Below are positions 26,101 through 39,552 of a stretch of DNA of 64,000 bases, piece by piece. Both the position numbers and the translations under genes were made by a program. This DNA comes from Trichoplax adhaerens (lineage: Eukaryota; Animalia; Placozoa). Within the stretch, counting starts at the first letter, position 1; every line of letters starts with the position of its first letter. The notes under the pieces were generated by a model. It ran no database searches and was not told the origin of the DNA. It saw only the letters and a list, made by a program, of their open reading frames with translations. The stretch spans positions 1,635,983 to 1,699,982 of the forward strand of contig NW_002060948.1 in assembly GCF_000150275.1 (NCBI RefSeq), written 5' to 3'.

Positions 26101-29100
26101 CAGGAATTTTATTTGCTTTTTAAGCAATTTTTCATTTATTGCTAAACCTACAGAAAGATGGTATGGAACCTGTTGCCGGATATTTATCACTGCACAAAAC
26201 AGACCTTCACTTGCTGCTGAAATGGACTCCGAATCAGCTAATGAATGCTGGCGAGAAATATAACGAAAAGTAAACCATACAATATAATATCATTGACGAA
26301 CAATATCGTAAAAGAACGTATTTTGTTTACTAAACGTAGTGCACAATTTTTCATAAAGTCTCATACTAATTCGGAATTTATTTTCAGTATTTTGTGGGAA
26401 TATGCTATGACAATTGATTTTAGTCAAATCATTTACCTTCATGTACATCAAAGTAAGTTACTAAAGTTAAGTTGCAAGGTTGTATATATATTGTTTCGCA
26501 TATAAAGCACTTCTCTAAATTGAAGGGCTAATCATTTCTACTTCTCGCTTATCAATGTATTAGGTAACAATAAAAACTCCGTTATTTTGGTTGGATTTGA
26601 TGGAGTGCAATATAAACCGTTTATTTTTCCAAAGGGTGGTGCGATGCTGTCATTTTTGTCTTGCTTGGAGAGTGGCATTCTACCCTATGGAAAATTTGAT
26701 CCACCGCTATTTACAAAGAAACGTGGGGGTTTACGATCTAAGAGAAGCAGCAAATTTGCTGCAAAAAACAAAGACAGAATCAACAGCGATGATTATTCAG
26801 GGTTGTTGAAAGAACTCTCATCTGATAAGGGATCTGATGGACTAATGAATTTTGTGTTTCGCATAATTACTACAAATGAAACCAAAAAAACTAGTAAGTT
26901 CGTTTCAGTTTTTAAATTTTCTACCAAGGAACTATCCTAGTAGTTTGAGAAACAACAAAATATTAAATTTACTGATGCTATATTTCTACTTTTTATCAAA
27001 ATCTGCATTTGAAATGGTATATGTTTATAAATAGAGCTATCTCGAAGGAGAGCAGCTGCAAAGCTATTGAGAGAAAAGCATGCTGAAGAAGTAAAAGATG
27101 TACCTGCAGAACCTTTTGCAAACATGTATTCAACTTCTGAACATAATCTTCAGGCTTCTTCGGATAAGTAAGTATAAATGTTAAGTTCAAATGGGCATAA
27201 AATATATATACTTTTATATCTTGTGTATGACTAAATCGGAAAAATATCGGATATTTTTATTTTAGGCAATCAATAAAGTCCCTATGCGATAGCATGAGAG
27301 TTCAGTTACTTTCACGAGCTTTCTATGGATGTAAGGACCAGATAAACAATATAGAAGTATTACATAGTTTTATTAATAGACCGATTTTAAAATACATACT
27401 TTGTGATTTAATAGGGCTCGCTTACTGTCGCCATCTATCAACCGTAAGAATCCATTTATCAGGGCTGGTACATGAAAAAAATATTTCTATAACGCAAACA
27501 TCAAATACCTCAGCTGGTATCACCGAAAAAGTATGGAAAGAACTGAATAGCTCCGGAAAGGTAAGTTAAAAATTATAATATAAGCTAGTACTTAATCAGA
27601 ACGACGTATAATGAAGTGTCCTATAATTCGAAACTTTGAAAAATTTTGCCTTGGCTACATTTTTAAACGTCGACATATAGGTCAAGGATGAAGAAGAAAT
27701 CATGAAACTCACTTACTTTGGAGGGGTTGAACATAGTATAAGGAAGGAGGTAAAACAAACCCTTAGTAACCTTTAATGAAATTCTTAACTTTACAATATT
27801 TTACTATGCCGATTTTATGTTGATTGTCTCTAATTGTAATTAAAGGTGTGGCCTTACTTACTTGGACATTACAAAGTAGGATTAACTGAAGATGAGAGAG
27901 AAATGATTGATAAAGCATCAGAAAAATCCTTCCGGCGTATTTTAGATGAATGGCAAGCTTGTGAGACTTATTTGTTAGGTAAAGAAAAAGGCAAAGATGA
28001 TATATTTATGGATCAAGATAACGATAGTTCGTCGTTAGAGTATAAAGGTATTTTCAATAATGATAGAAGTAAATTATTTAGTGGCTTTATTGCATTTTAT
28101 ATTGTAAAAGTGCAAATTTGCAATTTTATCTGATTTTTACGTTTCTGTTAATTTTGTATTGTCCATTAGAAATTAATGGTACCAATGATTTAAATCAGGA
28201 AATAGATGAAGCTGATGCAAGATCTTTAAGCAAATTTGATCCCTACTCTGATTGTTATTCAAGCATTAGTATTGATACCCTCGATAGAAGTGAAATTGAT
28301 AGTGCATTCGGATCGGTTGACAACAAATCTAACGGAATGTCATCGAGCGAAAGTAGAGATAATGCAACAATAAGTAAAGGAGATAGCTTTAAGAAAAAGG
28401 TGAAACTGCTAAGGAAAGGCAGCAGCTCTTTTGAAAGGGTTAGCGTTTCGTCAAATGGTTCTTTCAATGTAAGTATAGTCAATGTGGACGTTAATATTCC
28501 ATTTTACAGTTATCATTACCAGAAAAGAAGATTTATGTCTACTATGAAATATTTATATTGTCGTATTTATGCTATATGGATTGATTAATTTCATTTGTGA
28601 TTGCTTTTAGTCGGAAGTTTTGGAAATATTTTCTAGCAATTTGCACCGTATCGATAAGGATGTAATGCGTTGCGATCGTAATTATTGGTATTTTACCCCC
28701 AATAATCAGCATAATAATTTACAAAAATTAAGAAATATAATGTGCAGGTTAGTATAACAAAACCAAGCTTCTTTCGAGGGTGATATCAACTAGTTATTCT
28801 TATTGTTTGAAATGTTATGCATCATATCCGAGTTAATGAAGTAATAATTACTTCCATATGATTGATTATAATTTATAGCTTTGTTTGGGAACATCTCGAT
28901 ATTGGTTACGTACAGGGAATGTGCGATTTGGCTGCGCCATTATTAGTAATATTCGATGATGAACCGAAAAGTTACAGCTGCTTTTGCTTTCTGATGAATC
29001 GAATGGCATCAAATTTTCCGCATGGTGGTGGTATGGATACACACTTTGCAAATATGCGCTCTTTAATTCAGGTTGGTTATCTTCATTGCTGCGATATATA

Positions 29101-29853
29101 TACATTTTGAAATTGCGTAATCCAGGCTAATTATCTGCTAGATATTGGATTCAGAAATGTTCGATTTGATGCATCAGAACGGTGATTATACGCATTTTTA
29201 CTTTTGTTACCGTTGGTTTTTACTTGATTTTAAACGAGGTAAGATTGATTATATATATAAACTACAAGAAAATGTCACTATCATTTTCTCAATGATCGTC
29301 TAAATGCTTAAATATGCCATAATTATTTTACTAAATATGTATTTGTTGATATGATTTCAGAGCTCGTTTATGATGATGTCTTCTCGGTATGGGAATGCAT
29401 TTGGGCTGCTCGATATTGTGTTTCTGAACATTTTGTTCTTTTTATTGCTCTAGCATTGGTCGAAAATTATAGGTAGTGATCACTGTACTTAGCCTGTCCG
29501 AGCTACTGTATTACCCTTATTATCTCGATATCAATTATTAAGAAATATTATTTTATGCAACACACAGATATATCATTCTGGATAATAACATGGATTTTAC
29601 GGATATCATAAAGTTCTTTAATGGTATGTAACTATAAAATTAATCATAAGTTTAATAGAATAATAACAGTTAAATTTGTAAATGTATCACGAAAATTTTA
29701 TTAGCGATCGGATTCATTGATCGATGCAACTCACACTTTTTTATTTGTTTGTTTTGAAAAGAAATGGCAGAACGACATAACATGAATGCGGTATTAAATG
29801 AAGCACGAACTTTGGTTGCAAAAGTACAAAATTTAATCGATACAAAGTATTGA
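17173..29853 (+). CDS. SGSM1: Small G protein signaling modulator (SGSM1/2, RUTBC): RUN + PH-like + TBC Rab-GAP, many exons
   Basis: Exon 17173-17235 ([21 protein letters not shown]), exon 18740-18815 ([18 protein letters not shown]) and exon from 24790 ([14 protein letters not shown]). Later exons give [43 protein letters not shown] fingers [10 protein letters not shown] and GYVQGMCDL, and [16 protein letters not shown]. Stop at 29851-29853. The first exon is uncertain: an acceptor at 17185 allows an upstream exon. Likely co-orthologous to SGSM1 and SGSM2. Confidence 0.9.
17290..17836. repeat. Tandem array B: 36-bp minisatellite in an SGSM intron (9 near-perfect copies preceded by ~6 degenerate 33-39-bp copies)
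   Basis: Unit GGATGGAACGTACAAGGAGGCCGATGATATC(G/C)ATTA. It produces the spurious-looking ORFs ([12 protein letters not shown])n and ([13 protein letters not shown])n. Confidence 0.97.
19852..20248. repeat. Tandem array C: 59-bp unit, about 7 copies, intronic (SGSM)
   Basis: GAAGCAAGTTA starts at 19852, 19911, 19970, 20016, 20075, 20134 and 20193. The third unit is 46 bp. Confidence 0.96.
20806..21421. repeat. Tandem array D: 103-bp unit, 6 near-identical copies, intronic (SGSM)
   Basis: CCAGGGTCTATGAAATG at 20821, 20924, 21027, 21130, 21233 and 21336 (exact 103-bp period). Confidence 0.97.
22968..23245. repeat. Old diverged tandem duplication, 2 copies, period about 140 bp
   Basis: CCGTGAAATA at 23077 and 23217; AAGCT(G/A)TTTCT and TGATAGAATA are also shared between the copies. 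Confidence 0.7.
24043..24272. repeat. Diverged tandem duplication, 2 copies, period about 122 bp
   Basis: GCAGTGCTATAATG at 24065 and 24187, each followed by CAAGTTCTATAG and GGTAATAGTG. Confidence 0.8.
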
Positions 29854-31479
29854 GCCCGAATGGATATATTATGGATATGATATTTTAATTAGGATTATTC
29901 AATAGTCATTTTAGAACGCGCTTATAGCCACCTTTTAATCCTTGATGGTTATTTATTTAGTCGTTTAGCTGTTTATATTGTAAATATATATATATATATA
30001 TATTTGATGATTTGACGTAATGTTAACAATTTCAAAGTGAGTATGTAGAAAAAATAGTCAATATGGCGATGCTTTACCTCGCAATGCCTACCTTGTAATA
30101 CTTTATAGTCACCAAAAAACTATGTAAGAAAAATATTCTATATCTAAAGTACGGTACCGTAATAAATGAATATGACTTCAGAACTTAAAATAATCGGTAA
30201 AGGTGAAGATTAAACCGAATACAGCATAAATTACTGTTGCGACTATCGATTATTTTTGGTCTAAACTTTTCTTGGATTGTAGATAGATATGATAATAATT
30301 ATATATAATTATTCCTATTCATACATACGTATATATACAAGTATGTAACATATATATTAAGTGGTATTTAAAAGATGTAACCGCGGATATTGGTAATAAA
30401 GGCGATATTGAATACCTGATCATTGATTTGATTTATATATCGGATGTTTCGAATGGAGTTTATGTGAAGAATTTACAGAGTATCTTTCTTGGCATTGGCA
30501 TAAATATTGTAATTTACATGTAATTACAATAATTGGTATGCAGTATTTAGGATGTGTTCCTTACGTGATATTTACAAAGCTGTAGACCCTTGTATTTCTT
30601 GTATGGAAACGCCATACAATTATAATAAATAGAAGTATACTCCGTGCAATCCTAGTTTAATAATAGGGTTAATAGCTAAAGAGTGCCTTGTAGCAACCTC
30701 CGTAGAATTGCTACATCATCAAGAAATGCGACTAAATCACACAATTTTTAATTATCAGAAGTTAGTATGTCACAGGATACAGTATCTCCATATATAGGTA
30801 AATTAAAAGAATTCTTATTTTTTCATTTATTTTGATACGTATGGGCAGTATCTGGAGATGATCCATGGATAGCACTTCAGTGCTATTTTTACAGATGTGC
30901 ATCATACGGCCTTTAACTTCTCTACTAAAATGTTCGGTTTAATTTATATGTGGAATAATTGATAAGATTGATCAAATAACTGTTTGCTATTAACATATTG
31001 CAAATTGGAAATGTTTCGTTTATAGATCTGTAAGCATACTCGTACTATAAAAATAATATTCTTCTTCATGATAGCCAAATAAATGCTTTCAAGTATTCAC
31101 CAATAGGATTTATCGTCATTTTATTATCATTGCAATCATTTAATGAATAACTGTAACGTCATATACAATCCGAAATTTTTTTAATTCCTGTACAGTACGT
31201 AGTTAACGGTAATATCGATAAAGAAGAAAATGACCTTGAATACACTCTACATATCATCTTATGATACATATCAATGAATTAGATTGCTATCTACTCGTAT
31301 ATTTTTCCCCTATTTACAACCTCGGAAAAGCATTTACTAGGCCAGTATATGCAGGGTATAGAATAGCTCACTAGATGACAGTGTAGTTGAAAAGTTAGAA
31401 TGTAACAAGAGATGCTCTTTTGAATTAATTGCCGTATAATTTCTTGCTTTTTACCTATCTTATTTAGTTTTGTTAGCAA

Positions 31480-32787
31480 TCAGCGTTGAAATTTGTTTTT
31501 CTTGCCACGCTTTGATGATTTGACGTCGTTGTCTATACTTTCCATCATGACATCGTTTCCTTGTAATATAATCACTTCGTCTTCATCACTCTCGCTCATT
31601 TCCTCATCTGATGTGTTGGATATCTTATTACTTTTTTTGTCTAATGTTTGCTGCTGTTTTGTAAACAAGTCTTGATCACGCTGGGCTATTTGCTGATATG
31701 CTATAGGTATAACCTTGTTGTTGCTGTCATCTTGATCGGCGACTTCCCAGGTTGAGGACCCACCAAGGCCAATTTCAGCTGTATAATTATCTTTGACAAT
31801 AATGGTATCTTCCTTTTCAGTCATTGATTCTACTGGAATTTGTTTTTGATCATTACTAAATTTACTATTATCTGAAATGATGGATTCTGATAGTTCGATT
31901 CTACTCTCTTGGTTTTCAGTGTTTACGACATGATCATCTTCTATATCCATCTTATCTATATTCAAATTCGGATCGTTTAACATGCGCTGGACTAGCTTTA
32001 TAATTTCATTGGCTTTCGTTAAAGCAATATTACAACAATGTAGAACCTGGTCTACTTTTAAAGTGACACCGCCAGTAAATTGGATTGTACAAATTTCACG
32101 ATGTCGATTTAATGCCATGACTAATTTACTCTCCATGACCGCTTCTTCTTGATCAGTTGGATCGATTGCCATGCAACCATTACCGTGGAAAAATGCAAAA
32201 GTGATGCATAAAGGCATATGATGTATGTTCAAAGGGATATAATCTTTTTCATTGCGGTTATGAATGGTTACATCTTCTCCTACAACAGTAACTTGAGGCC
32301 TTCGAAAATGTGCTAGAGAAGCTATTGCAGCAATGCTAGCGCAATCTAAGATATTGCCAACATCATCTAACACATGTATCGCGACACGGATAAACCATAC
32401 CTTTTCACCGGCTATAACGCATAACGATTCGAGATCGATGGCTGCAGATTCGACAAAACATTGCTCTAAACGACGTTCTAATGCAATTCTACGATCGATA
32501 ACATCGTTAGAATGATTAAGAGGCGATGCCATCGGTGATAATTCAACATTAAAGAGTAATCTTCCTTCTTCAGGGCGTGTAATAGGTCGAATTAATTCGC
32601 AAGTAGTGACAGCCAAAACTCGACTAGCACCGAGCTTAACTTCAGCAGTTCCATATTCGACACCAAATTGTAACTTGATCGGCCTGTAATCATATAAATT
32701 TCGACTATCAAGGCGCTGGCCAGATTTGATAGCATTTAAAATAAATTGGCGTTGACTTGTAGCTAAAGGGGTAACGGAGGCTTTCAT
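31480..32787 (-). CDS. EXOSC9: Exosome complex component RRP45 (RNase PH-like), intronless ORF
   Basis: 435-aa ORF with RLDSRNLYDYR, ELSPMASP, IDLESLCVIAGEKVW, LAHFRRP, PLNIHHMPLCITFAFF and DPT..EE. It has an acidic C-tail with a SIM-like EDEVIIL and a basic terminal NLS-like KRGKKNK. Confidence 0.96.
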   Translation of the reverse strand: MKASVTPLATSQRQFILNAIKSGQRLDSRNLYDYRPIKLQFGVEYGTAEVKLGASRVLAVTTCELIRPITRPEEGRLLFNVELSPMASPLNHSNDVIDRRIALERRLEQCFVESAAIDLESLCVIAGEKVWFIRVAIHVLDDVGNILDCASIAAIASLAHFRRPQVTVVGEDVTIHNRNEKDYIPLNIHHMPLCITFAFFHGNGCMAIDPTDQEEAVMESKLVMALNRHREICTIQFTGGVTLKVDQVLHCCNIALTKANEIIKLVQRMLNDPNLNIDKMDIEDDHVVNTENQESRIELSESIISDNSKFSNDQKQIPVESMTEKEDTIIVKDNYTAEIGLGGSSTWEVADQDDSNNKVIPIAYQQIAQRDQDLFTKQQQTLDKKSNKISNTSDEEMSESDEDEVIILQGNDVMMESIDNDVKSSKRGKKNKFQR

Positions 32788-33243
32788 TTCAGGATCTTTT
32801 TCTTGATTCTGCTCGAGATTTTTCTGATTCTTGAAGGTTTTCCAGGCAGTTGTGATTTCTGGATGCGCTTATATGCTAAAGGCTGCAGCTTACCAATTTC
32901 TGAAGGCTTATGGTACTACTTATTCAAGAGTGAAAATTCTATACTGTGTAGTGTATTATGTATCCTTTACCACTACTACTATGTGAGAAAACAGCAAGAA
33001 AAGTAACCTTGATACGTTCACTGACTATACTGTAGTATAGCAATTGCATTAGTGGATTGTACAGTATACTGCCAAAGGAAGGAATCCGTCAAATCCTCCT
33101 CCCGATCTTGCTGCATCCGTCCGAGGGTTAGTTACAAATTGAAATCGCCAATGGATCCATCATTTATGCCATTTCAATATGGCCTATGAGATAGATGGCG
33201 TATTTTACTTCATTATTTCGTTACTGTAAGTCTGTAGCAAGGG

Positions 33244-33250
33244 TATAAAA
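33244..33250 (+). promoter_or_regulatory. TATA-box-like element upstream of the UGT gene
   Basis: TATAAAA in GGGTATAAAATAG, 31 bp before ATG 33275. This would imply a very short 5' UTR, so it is tentative. Confidence 0.3.
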
Positions 33251-33274
33251 TAGTAGGTGTTGGTAGTGTATAGA

Positions 33275-35316
33275 ATGGCCAAGGTAAATGGATGGTTATG
33301 CTTAATAATGCTATGCTGTTGTCAAGGCATTTTTGCAGCTAAAATTGTCGCTTACTCGCATGAGTCGTTTAGTCATGCTGAAAATATTATGGCTATTGGT
33401 CGTGAAATGACTCAACGAGGACATCAATTCTCGTTATTGGTATCATCAATTACTGCCGAGAAGATCCATACTAGTGTAAAGGGTATCAAGATCGTACCGT
33501 ATCCAGCAACTACCTCATTTCAACAACATGTCGAATGCATTTCAATGGTCATCAAGAATAAATTGAATGTTTCTTGGGAGTGCATGGGAATATTGTTTGG
33601 TAGTTGTGATGGTATCGTTTCTGATATGGAAGCAGTATTACAGCTGAAAAAAGATGCAGGTTAAGTATTAATAGGGGTTTACATTGCATTGTGATTTTCT
33701 ACTGCACATCCGGCACAATCGTTGTAGTGATCGCATATAACTTTATATCCAAGTCAACGAGAGCGATAATAATAACGATTACTGTACGCTTATATGGAAA
33801 CTCTAGTACTGCATGTTTCATTAATTATTTATTAAGCAAATAGCTGTGCAACACGTTTTCTTCTTCTAACAATTGCTTAAATAGATGGATTCAGTGGCAT
33901 GTCGTGAATCATAAAACCTGTAACACTTAAATATATAGATCTCAGCTTTTCCCTGTTTACCTTTGAAATAGTCTTTTGGAGCTGAATGAAATGATTTCAA
34001 TAAATTGATAATCTAAGCGTATTATTCGATGTCACCGTCGAATATCTAGAATTCTATAGAAAGGTAGTAGTCTAATTTACGAATTGATGGTAATGCCTAG
34101 ATTATTAAAATTTTATTCGTAGCTAACTTGTTAACTATAAATTTATTCCCTTGGTCTAGATCTGCTATTAGTAGATATTACTTCAGTATGCAGCGGCATA
34201 GTGGATGGAATTTTGAATATTTCTAAAGTCATTGCTTATTCCCCTGCTGGCTTTATCGACCCATCGTTAAGTCGATTATTTCATATTCCTGCGTCTCCTT
34301 CTTACGTTCCAACTGTGATAGTAGATTATTCCAATAAGATGACATTTTTTCAACGTCTTCATAATAGCCTTACTTATGTTGCTATGGTTATACTGAGATC
34401 CGCATTTGATCCGTCTGTACAGGCAATGTATGAAAAATTGGTTAATTCATCCTTTAAAAGTTACGGTCAACTTCGTCCTAGTATGCTTATTGTTAGTACA
34501 GATTTTGCTATAGATTATCCACGTCCTATCACTCCGGCTACTAAAGTTGTTGGAGCTTTGTTACCGCATGCTCCTTTAAAATTACCCCAAGAATTGAGCG
34601 ATTTTGCCGAGTTATTACATAATGATAGTCAAGATTTCGCAATTGTGTCTTTTGGAACGCTAGTTTCCAAAGCAATGGATAATATTATTGACTTTCAAGC
34701 TATAGGTCGTGTACTATCACGATTGCCGATGAAGGTCATTTGGAAATATCATCATCAGATTGATGATTTAGGTGATAATGTGAAAGTGGTATCTTGGTTT
34801 CCACAAAATGATTTATTAGCGCATAGAAATTGTAAATTATTTGTTACTCATTGTGGATTGAATAGTATGTATGAAAGTGCATATCATGGAGTGCCGATGG
34901 TGGCGGTGCCATTATTTGCAGATCAACCATCTAACGCTCAGCGAATTAAATCGGCTGGAATAGGAGAAATTGTATTGTTTAAGGAATTAAATGAACAATC
35001 TTTAAACGATGCCATTTTAAAGGTGTATAAGAATCCAGAGATGGCTACGAAATGCTCTACAATATCTAATATAATGAGAGACAGACCAGGTAACCGAACA
35101 CCTGTTGAAGAAGTTGGAGACTGGATTGAGTTCGCAATAAGACACGATGGCGGGCGTCATCTAAATCTTGCAGCATCGCAATTAAGATGGTACGAATTGT
35201 ACATGATTGATGTTGCTCTTGTCTTGATCATAATAATAGTGATGATTTATAAAATCACAACACGCCTTGCTAGTTTAACATATATTTTTACTCGGAATAG
35301 ATTTCTATCAAGTTAA
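33275..35316 (+). CDS. UDP-glucuronosyl/UDP-glycosyltransferase (GT1, ER membrane type), 2 exons (33275-33659, 34160-35316)
   Basis: Signal peptide, SH..RGH N-terminus with the catalytic His, PSYVP..MTFFQRLHN, UGT signature WFPQNDLLAH..LFVTHCGLNSMYESAYHGVPMVAVPLFADQ, and a C-terminal TM helix. A phase-1 intron joins G|AT. Confidence 0.95.
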
Positions 35317-35902
35317 ATGAACACCATTGTTATTATATTACTCTGGGAAAAATAATCTTAAAAACTATAGGGACATTAAGCGGCAATTTTACACTTATAA
35401 TACCCGGTATCTTCCTTTACATTGCATTTTAATAATTTTGGATAATAATTATATTTTGGTATATATTAAGGCAATTTCTACACATATGAGCAGTAAAAAA
35501 ATTTGAGTAGCTTAAGCTGTGCAATTTCTTACGTACTATTTATTGATAGGGTTATTCATATACAATACAACTATGAGGTAATCTTGCAACAAAATCAAAT
35601 TTTTTACAATCATTTTATTCTTATACGTTGGTATGTGTAGAATTATTGCTGTAATATCATGTTTTTAATGTATTTATCTGTTACGTAATTTATATCACGA
35701 TAATTATATATCAGAATAAATAAAAAGTATTATTTCATCGCTGTGATTATATATACGGATAAATTAAAACTATCCGGGATAGTGTTGTAGTTTGATGTAA
35801 GGATCAAAGCCATATAAAGAAATTACAAATCATCAGGTAAAGATTACTGCAGTAATTTCGATTAGTACAACTTTTATGTTGATGCTAGCTTTTAATCAAC
35901 GT

Positions 35903-38900
35903 TCATTTGTCCTCATTTATAATAGAGAGATACTTTAATTGATCTTGCTGCATTTGGAGGCAAATTTGGTATTTCTTTGCGTAGTATCGTTGCAGTTCTA
36001 TATCTAGGTTAGGTTGGATAATTTCACCAGCTGAACTAAATGTCGCCATGACAGTCTTTAGATCGTATTTGGGCAAGGCTGCTGATACACCCAACATAGC
36101 AGAACCTAAAAGAACGGAATCTTCTTCCTATCGATTAAACAACAATTTTTTATTATGGACAGAGTGTTTAAACACATTTCTAACAAAATAGCTTGGATGA
36201 ATTACGTACTTTCCCTAAAACGATGGGACATCCGGTTATATCAGCATGACATCGAAGAAAGAGGCTATTTTTACTTAGTCCACCACAAGCTAGTAATATC
36301 TTTATTTCGTGTCCATCTTTTGTCATAGCTTCTACGATTTGTTTAGTGCCAAACTAAAGTATAATACGTTACTTTGGTTAATATAAATACTATCATATCA
36401 CATTGACTCGTTATTCTTATATACGCGTACACGATAAATTAAATGAGGAATAACTTACGGCTAGACTCTGCAGGGTTGAAAGATATTGGATAGCTAAATC
36501 GTGTAGTTCTGATGCTAAGGTTAATCCGCAAATCATTCCCTTTAGATTATGATTTGCTATTGGCGACCGATTGCCATGAAAATCGGGAAGAATGTGCATA
36601 TTTGTTGTCAGATAGGCCCAATGACTCTTAATACCTTGATCAATAATGAACTGATTGAGATAGTCATATATACTGGTATTTCTGTAAAAAAAATGGAAAT
36701 TTTACGCTGCGAATATCTTTTACAAGTTGTAATATAACTAAACAATCATGCGAATGTAGGCTGTATTGCATTAATAAAGTTTTCTTCTAATTCACTAACT
36801 TTTCTTGAGAAAGCTCCTTCAGTGTTGGAAAGAAGGGGTGTTTCTGTATCATAAAATCAACCAGCTTTCCGGTGACACTTTGCCCTCCTTCATTTAAATA
36901 TAAACCTGGTAAAATCACACTATTAAAAGGTCCCCAGACCCCGGCCACATAATGAGGGTTGGATGTAATCTATATACAGTTAGAAGGAAGATGATGTAGC
37001 TGAAGAACTAGATTACAGCACAATATTTTAATGTAATTGATAGGAAATGCATCGATAAAGTTAAAACTTTTTGATAAACTACGTTTAGGTTATAAAGTAG
37101 CATACCGCCATATGACATGTAGATGTGCCACAAATAAGAGATAATCGGGACGTTAAATCTTTATTCTTGCATTGCATTCTAGTTAAATCGATCCCAGCTA
37201 TCCCTAAGCAACCAGCATAAGCATCAACTAATGACGCACCTACAGCAGTACCAACCGCCAGGCCAAGTTCTGAGGCAGCTTTGACTGTTAGGCCTTTTCC
37301 GATTGGTTGTCCAGGAAATGCAATATTCTTGCCTGATAAAAATAGAGTATGAGATATTCGCATATCATACTTAGTAGGGATAGTAGGATGCAATGATTTA
37401 ACATATACTTCAGTTTAACTAGTTAAATAATCAACAAAGTGATTATTTTATCTTGGGATGCAATTGTCTACGGATTTCGTTACTGATGTACCTCCAATCC
37501 TTTCATAGCTCTCAATAATGAAGTCGTCTAAACCGATAGTTTGCCAGAAATCGTCAAGCCATCCTTCCATGAAATTGTCTATTAAATAGAAAATGTATAG
37601 TAATTGCATGGGCAAATTTATTGCCTAGCATTAATAGAATCATTCACTTAGAAATCATCTGCCCCTATATACGAGCTTGGGCTATATTTTATGCATGCAA
37701 GTGGATTAGTTACTTTACTGTACTGCGGTGTATAAGCATAACATAAACTGTACGATGACTGATTTAAACACACTGATTTGATCAGCGTTCATCTACAACA
37801 ATATTAACGGCTAACCTTGCTTATCTTTATATTCGTAATTCCATTTACAAACCAGGCAGCATAAAGATCTAAATTGATATAATATCGATACCATAATGGT
37901 AGTTATCGACTTGTTACAGTTATGTCACACTAATAAGGTTTAAAATGGCGAATAGATTAGTTAACCTTGTAAGAGCTCCAGTTGCCTTAAACGATAAGAA
38001 ATCAGGCAAATCGAAGAAATGGGCTGCTTTCTTCCAGCATTGATTGTGTAAATTCTAAAGCGATCATTTATGAAAATTTTTTTTCTTCAATTGCTATCAT
38101 GCATGTATAGTAATTATTGTAATGATCTGTATCTTGTAATACCTTGTTTACATCAGCGATGTACAGTAATCCATTTTATGAGTACTGTAGTACTGTACTG
38201 TGCATCGATTTTAGAAACATGCAATATATTATAGTACATCATTCCACATTATGTAATCGCAATACTCAAACCAATGTGTTACCGTAAACTATCTACTAAG
38301 CTGTTTACTGTTCTTATGTGTATGTTACCTTTTTCAACCATAGCAATTTAGGAGCTTGCATCTCAGGTGATATCGTACCACCTAAATAACTTAGGAGATG
38401 ATGCTCTGTAGCATTGATTAATTCCGCTTCTTTAATAGCTCGATGATCTAACCACATTACAATATTGCAATCAGGATTGGCATCTGGGGATATGGTCACA
38501 GGTTGTAATTGCTCGTCTAGAACTACCATAGAACATGTAGCATCGAAGCCAATGCCACCGATGGCATCTCGATCTATACCTTGTGTCACCTCCTAAATAC
38601 GTAGTGGTAGTAGAAATGGCAATCAATGCTATAAAGAGATTCAATGATCTATTTGTAACAGTGATACTTGTTTACTACGATGAAATGCACATTAGAGTGG
38701 TGATGCATCATAGCAGAATGCGTTACATACATTATCGTTATTTTATTTAATCAGTATCTATTCGAATATACACGCAGACCGTTGCTTGTAACACGAAAAA
38801 CAATCCGTTCCACTACCACGCCAGGTTGGCGATTTCAACGATTGCAACAAGCTCCTTAATATCGTATTGCCTTATCGAACAACACATTTAATCAACATGA

Positions 38901-39111
38901 TGGGAATTTGTTGACAAACCTTGACTACTAAGCAGCATGCTTGCCAGATATTTTCTGAAGATTGTTGATAATAATCTTCTTTAGGTTGCCATATTTGTAT
39001 CGATTGAGTGGCTCTACATTTGATACAACCTTTGTGATCGATCAATGCAGCTCTTACGCTGGTTGTGCCCACATCAACACCGATGAAATATCGAAATTGG
39101 CCTAATTCCAT
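35903..39111 (-). CDS. FGGY: FGGY carbohydrate kinase domain-containing protein (D-ribulokinase-like), about 10 exons
   Basis: Motifs [92 protein letters not shown] and CGGLSKN; GT-AG exon chain. Confidence 0.95.
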
Positions 39112-39552
39112 GAATTGAAAGGTTAAAAGAAGCTTTCAAATGAATCGGTGTGCACTATCACTTCCAATAGAATATGACAATTCTCAAGTTGTGCGATGAC
39201 CACAAGTCTGTTCGCTGGTTCTCTCTTGGATTAGTGGTTACGATAGTATCTGCAGCAAGCAGAAGTGCTTTGCGCTGATCTTCTTCGCTATTTTACTGTA
39301 AACAAGGCCAGCTGCAACCTCCAAAACTCTGTCTGATGCCGTACAGAACTGTACATTTAGTGAGTGTACAAGCAAATCGTATAGTACCGAAAGAGTCGTT
39401 GGTTACAACTATGGTCCCAATACTGTTACTGTACTACTACGGTATAATCAACGATACTCCATGAATGAAATCATTCCATACTAAACTGCTGATCGTAAAA
39501 ATCAAGACTAATTAATTGATGATATAGAATTATGTATAAATTATTTTTCATG

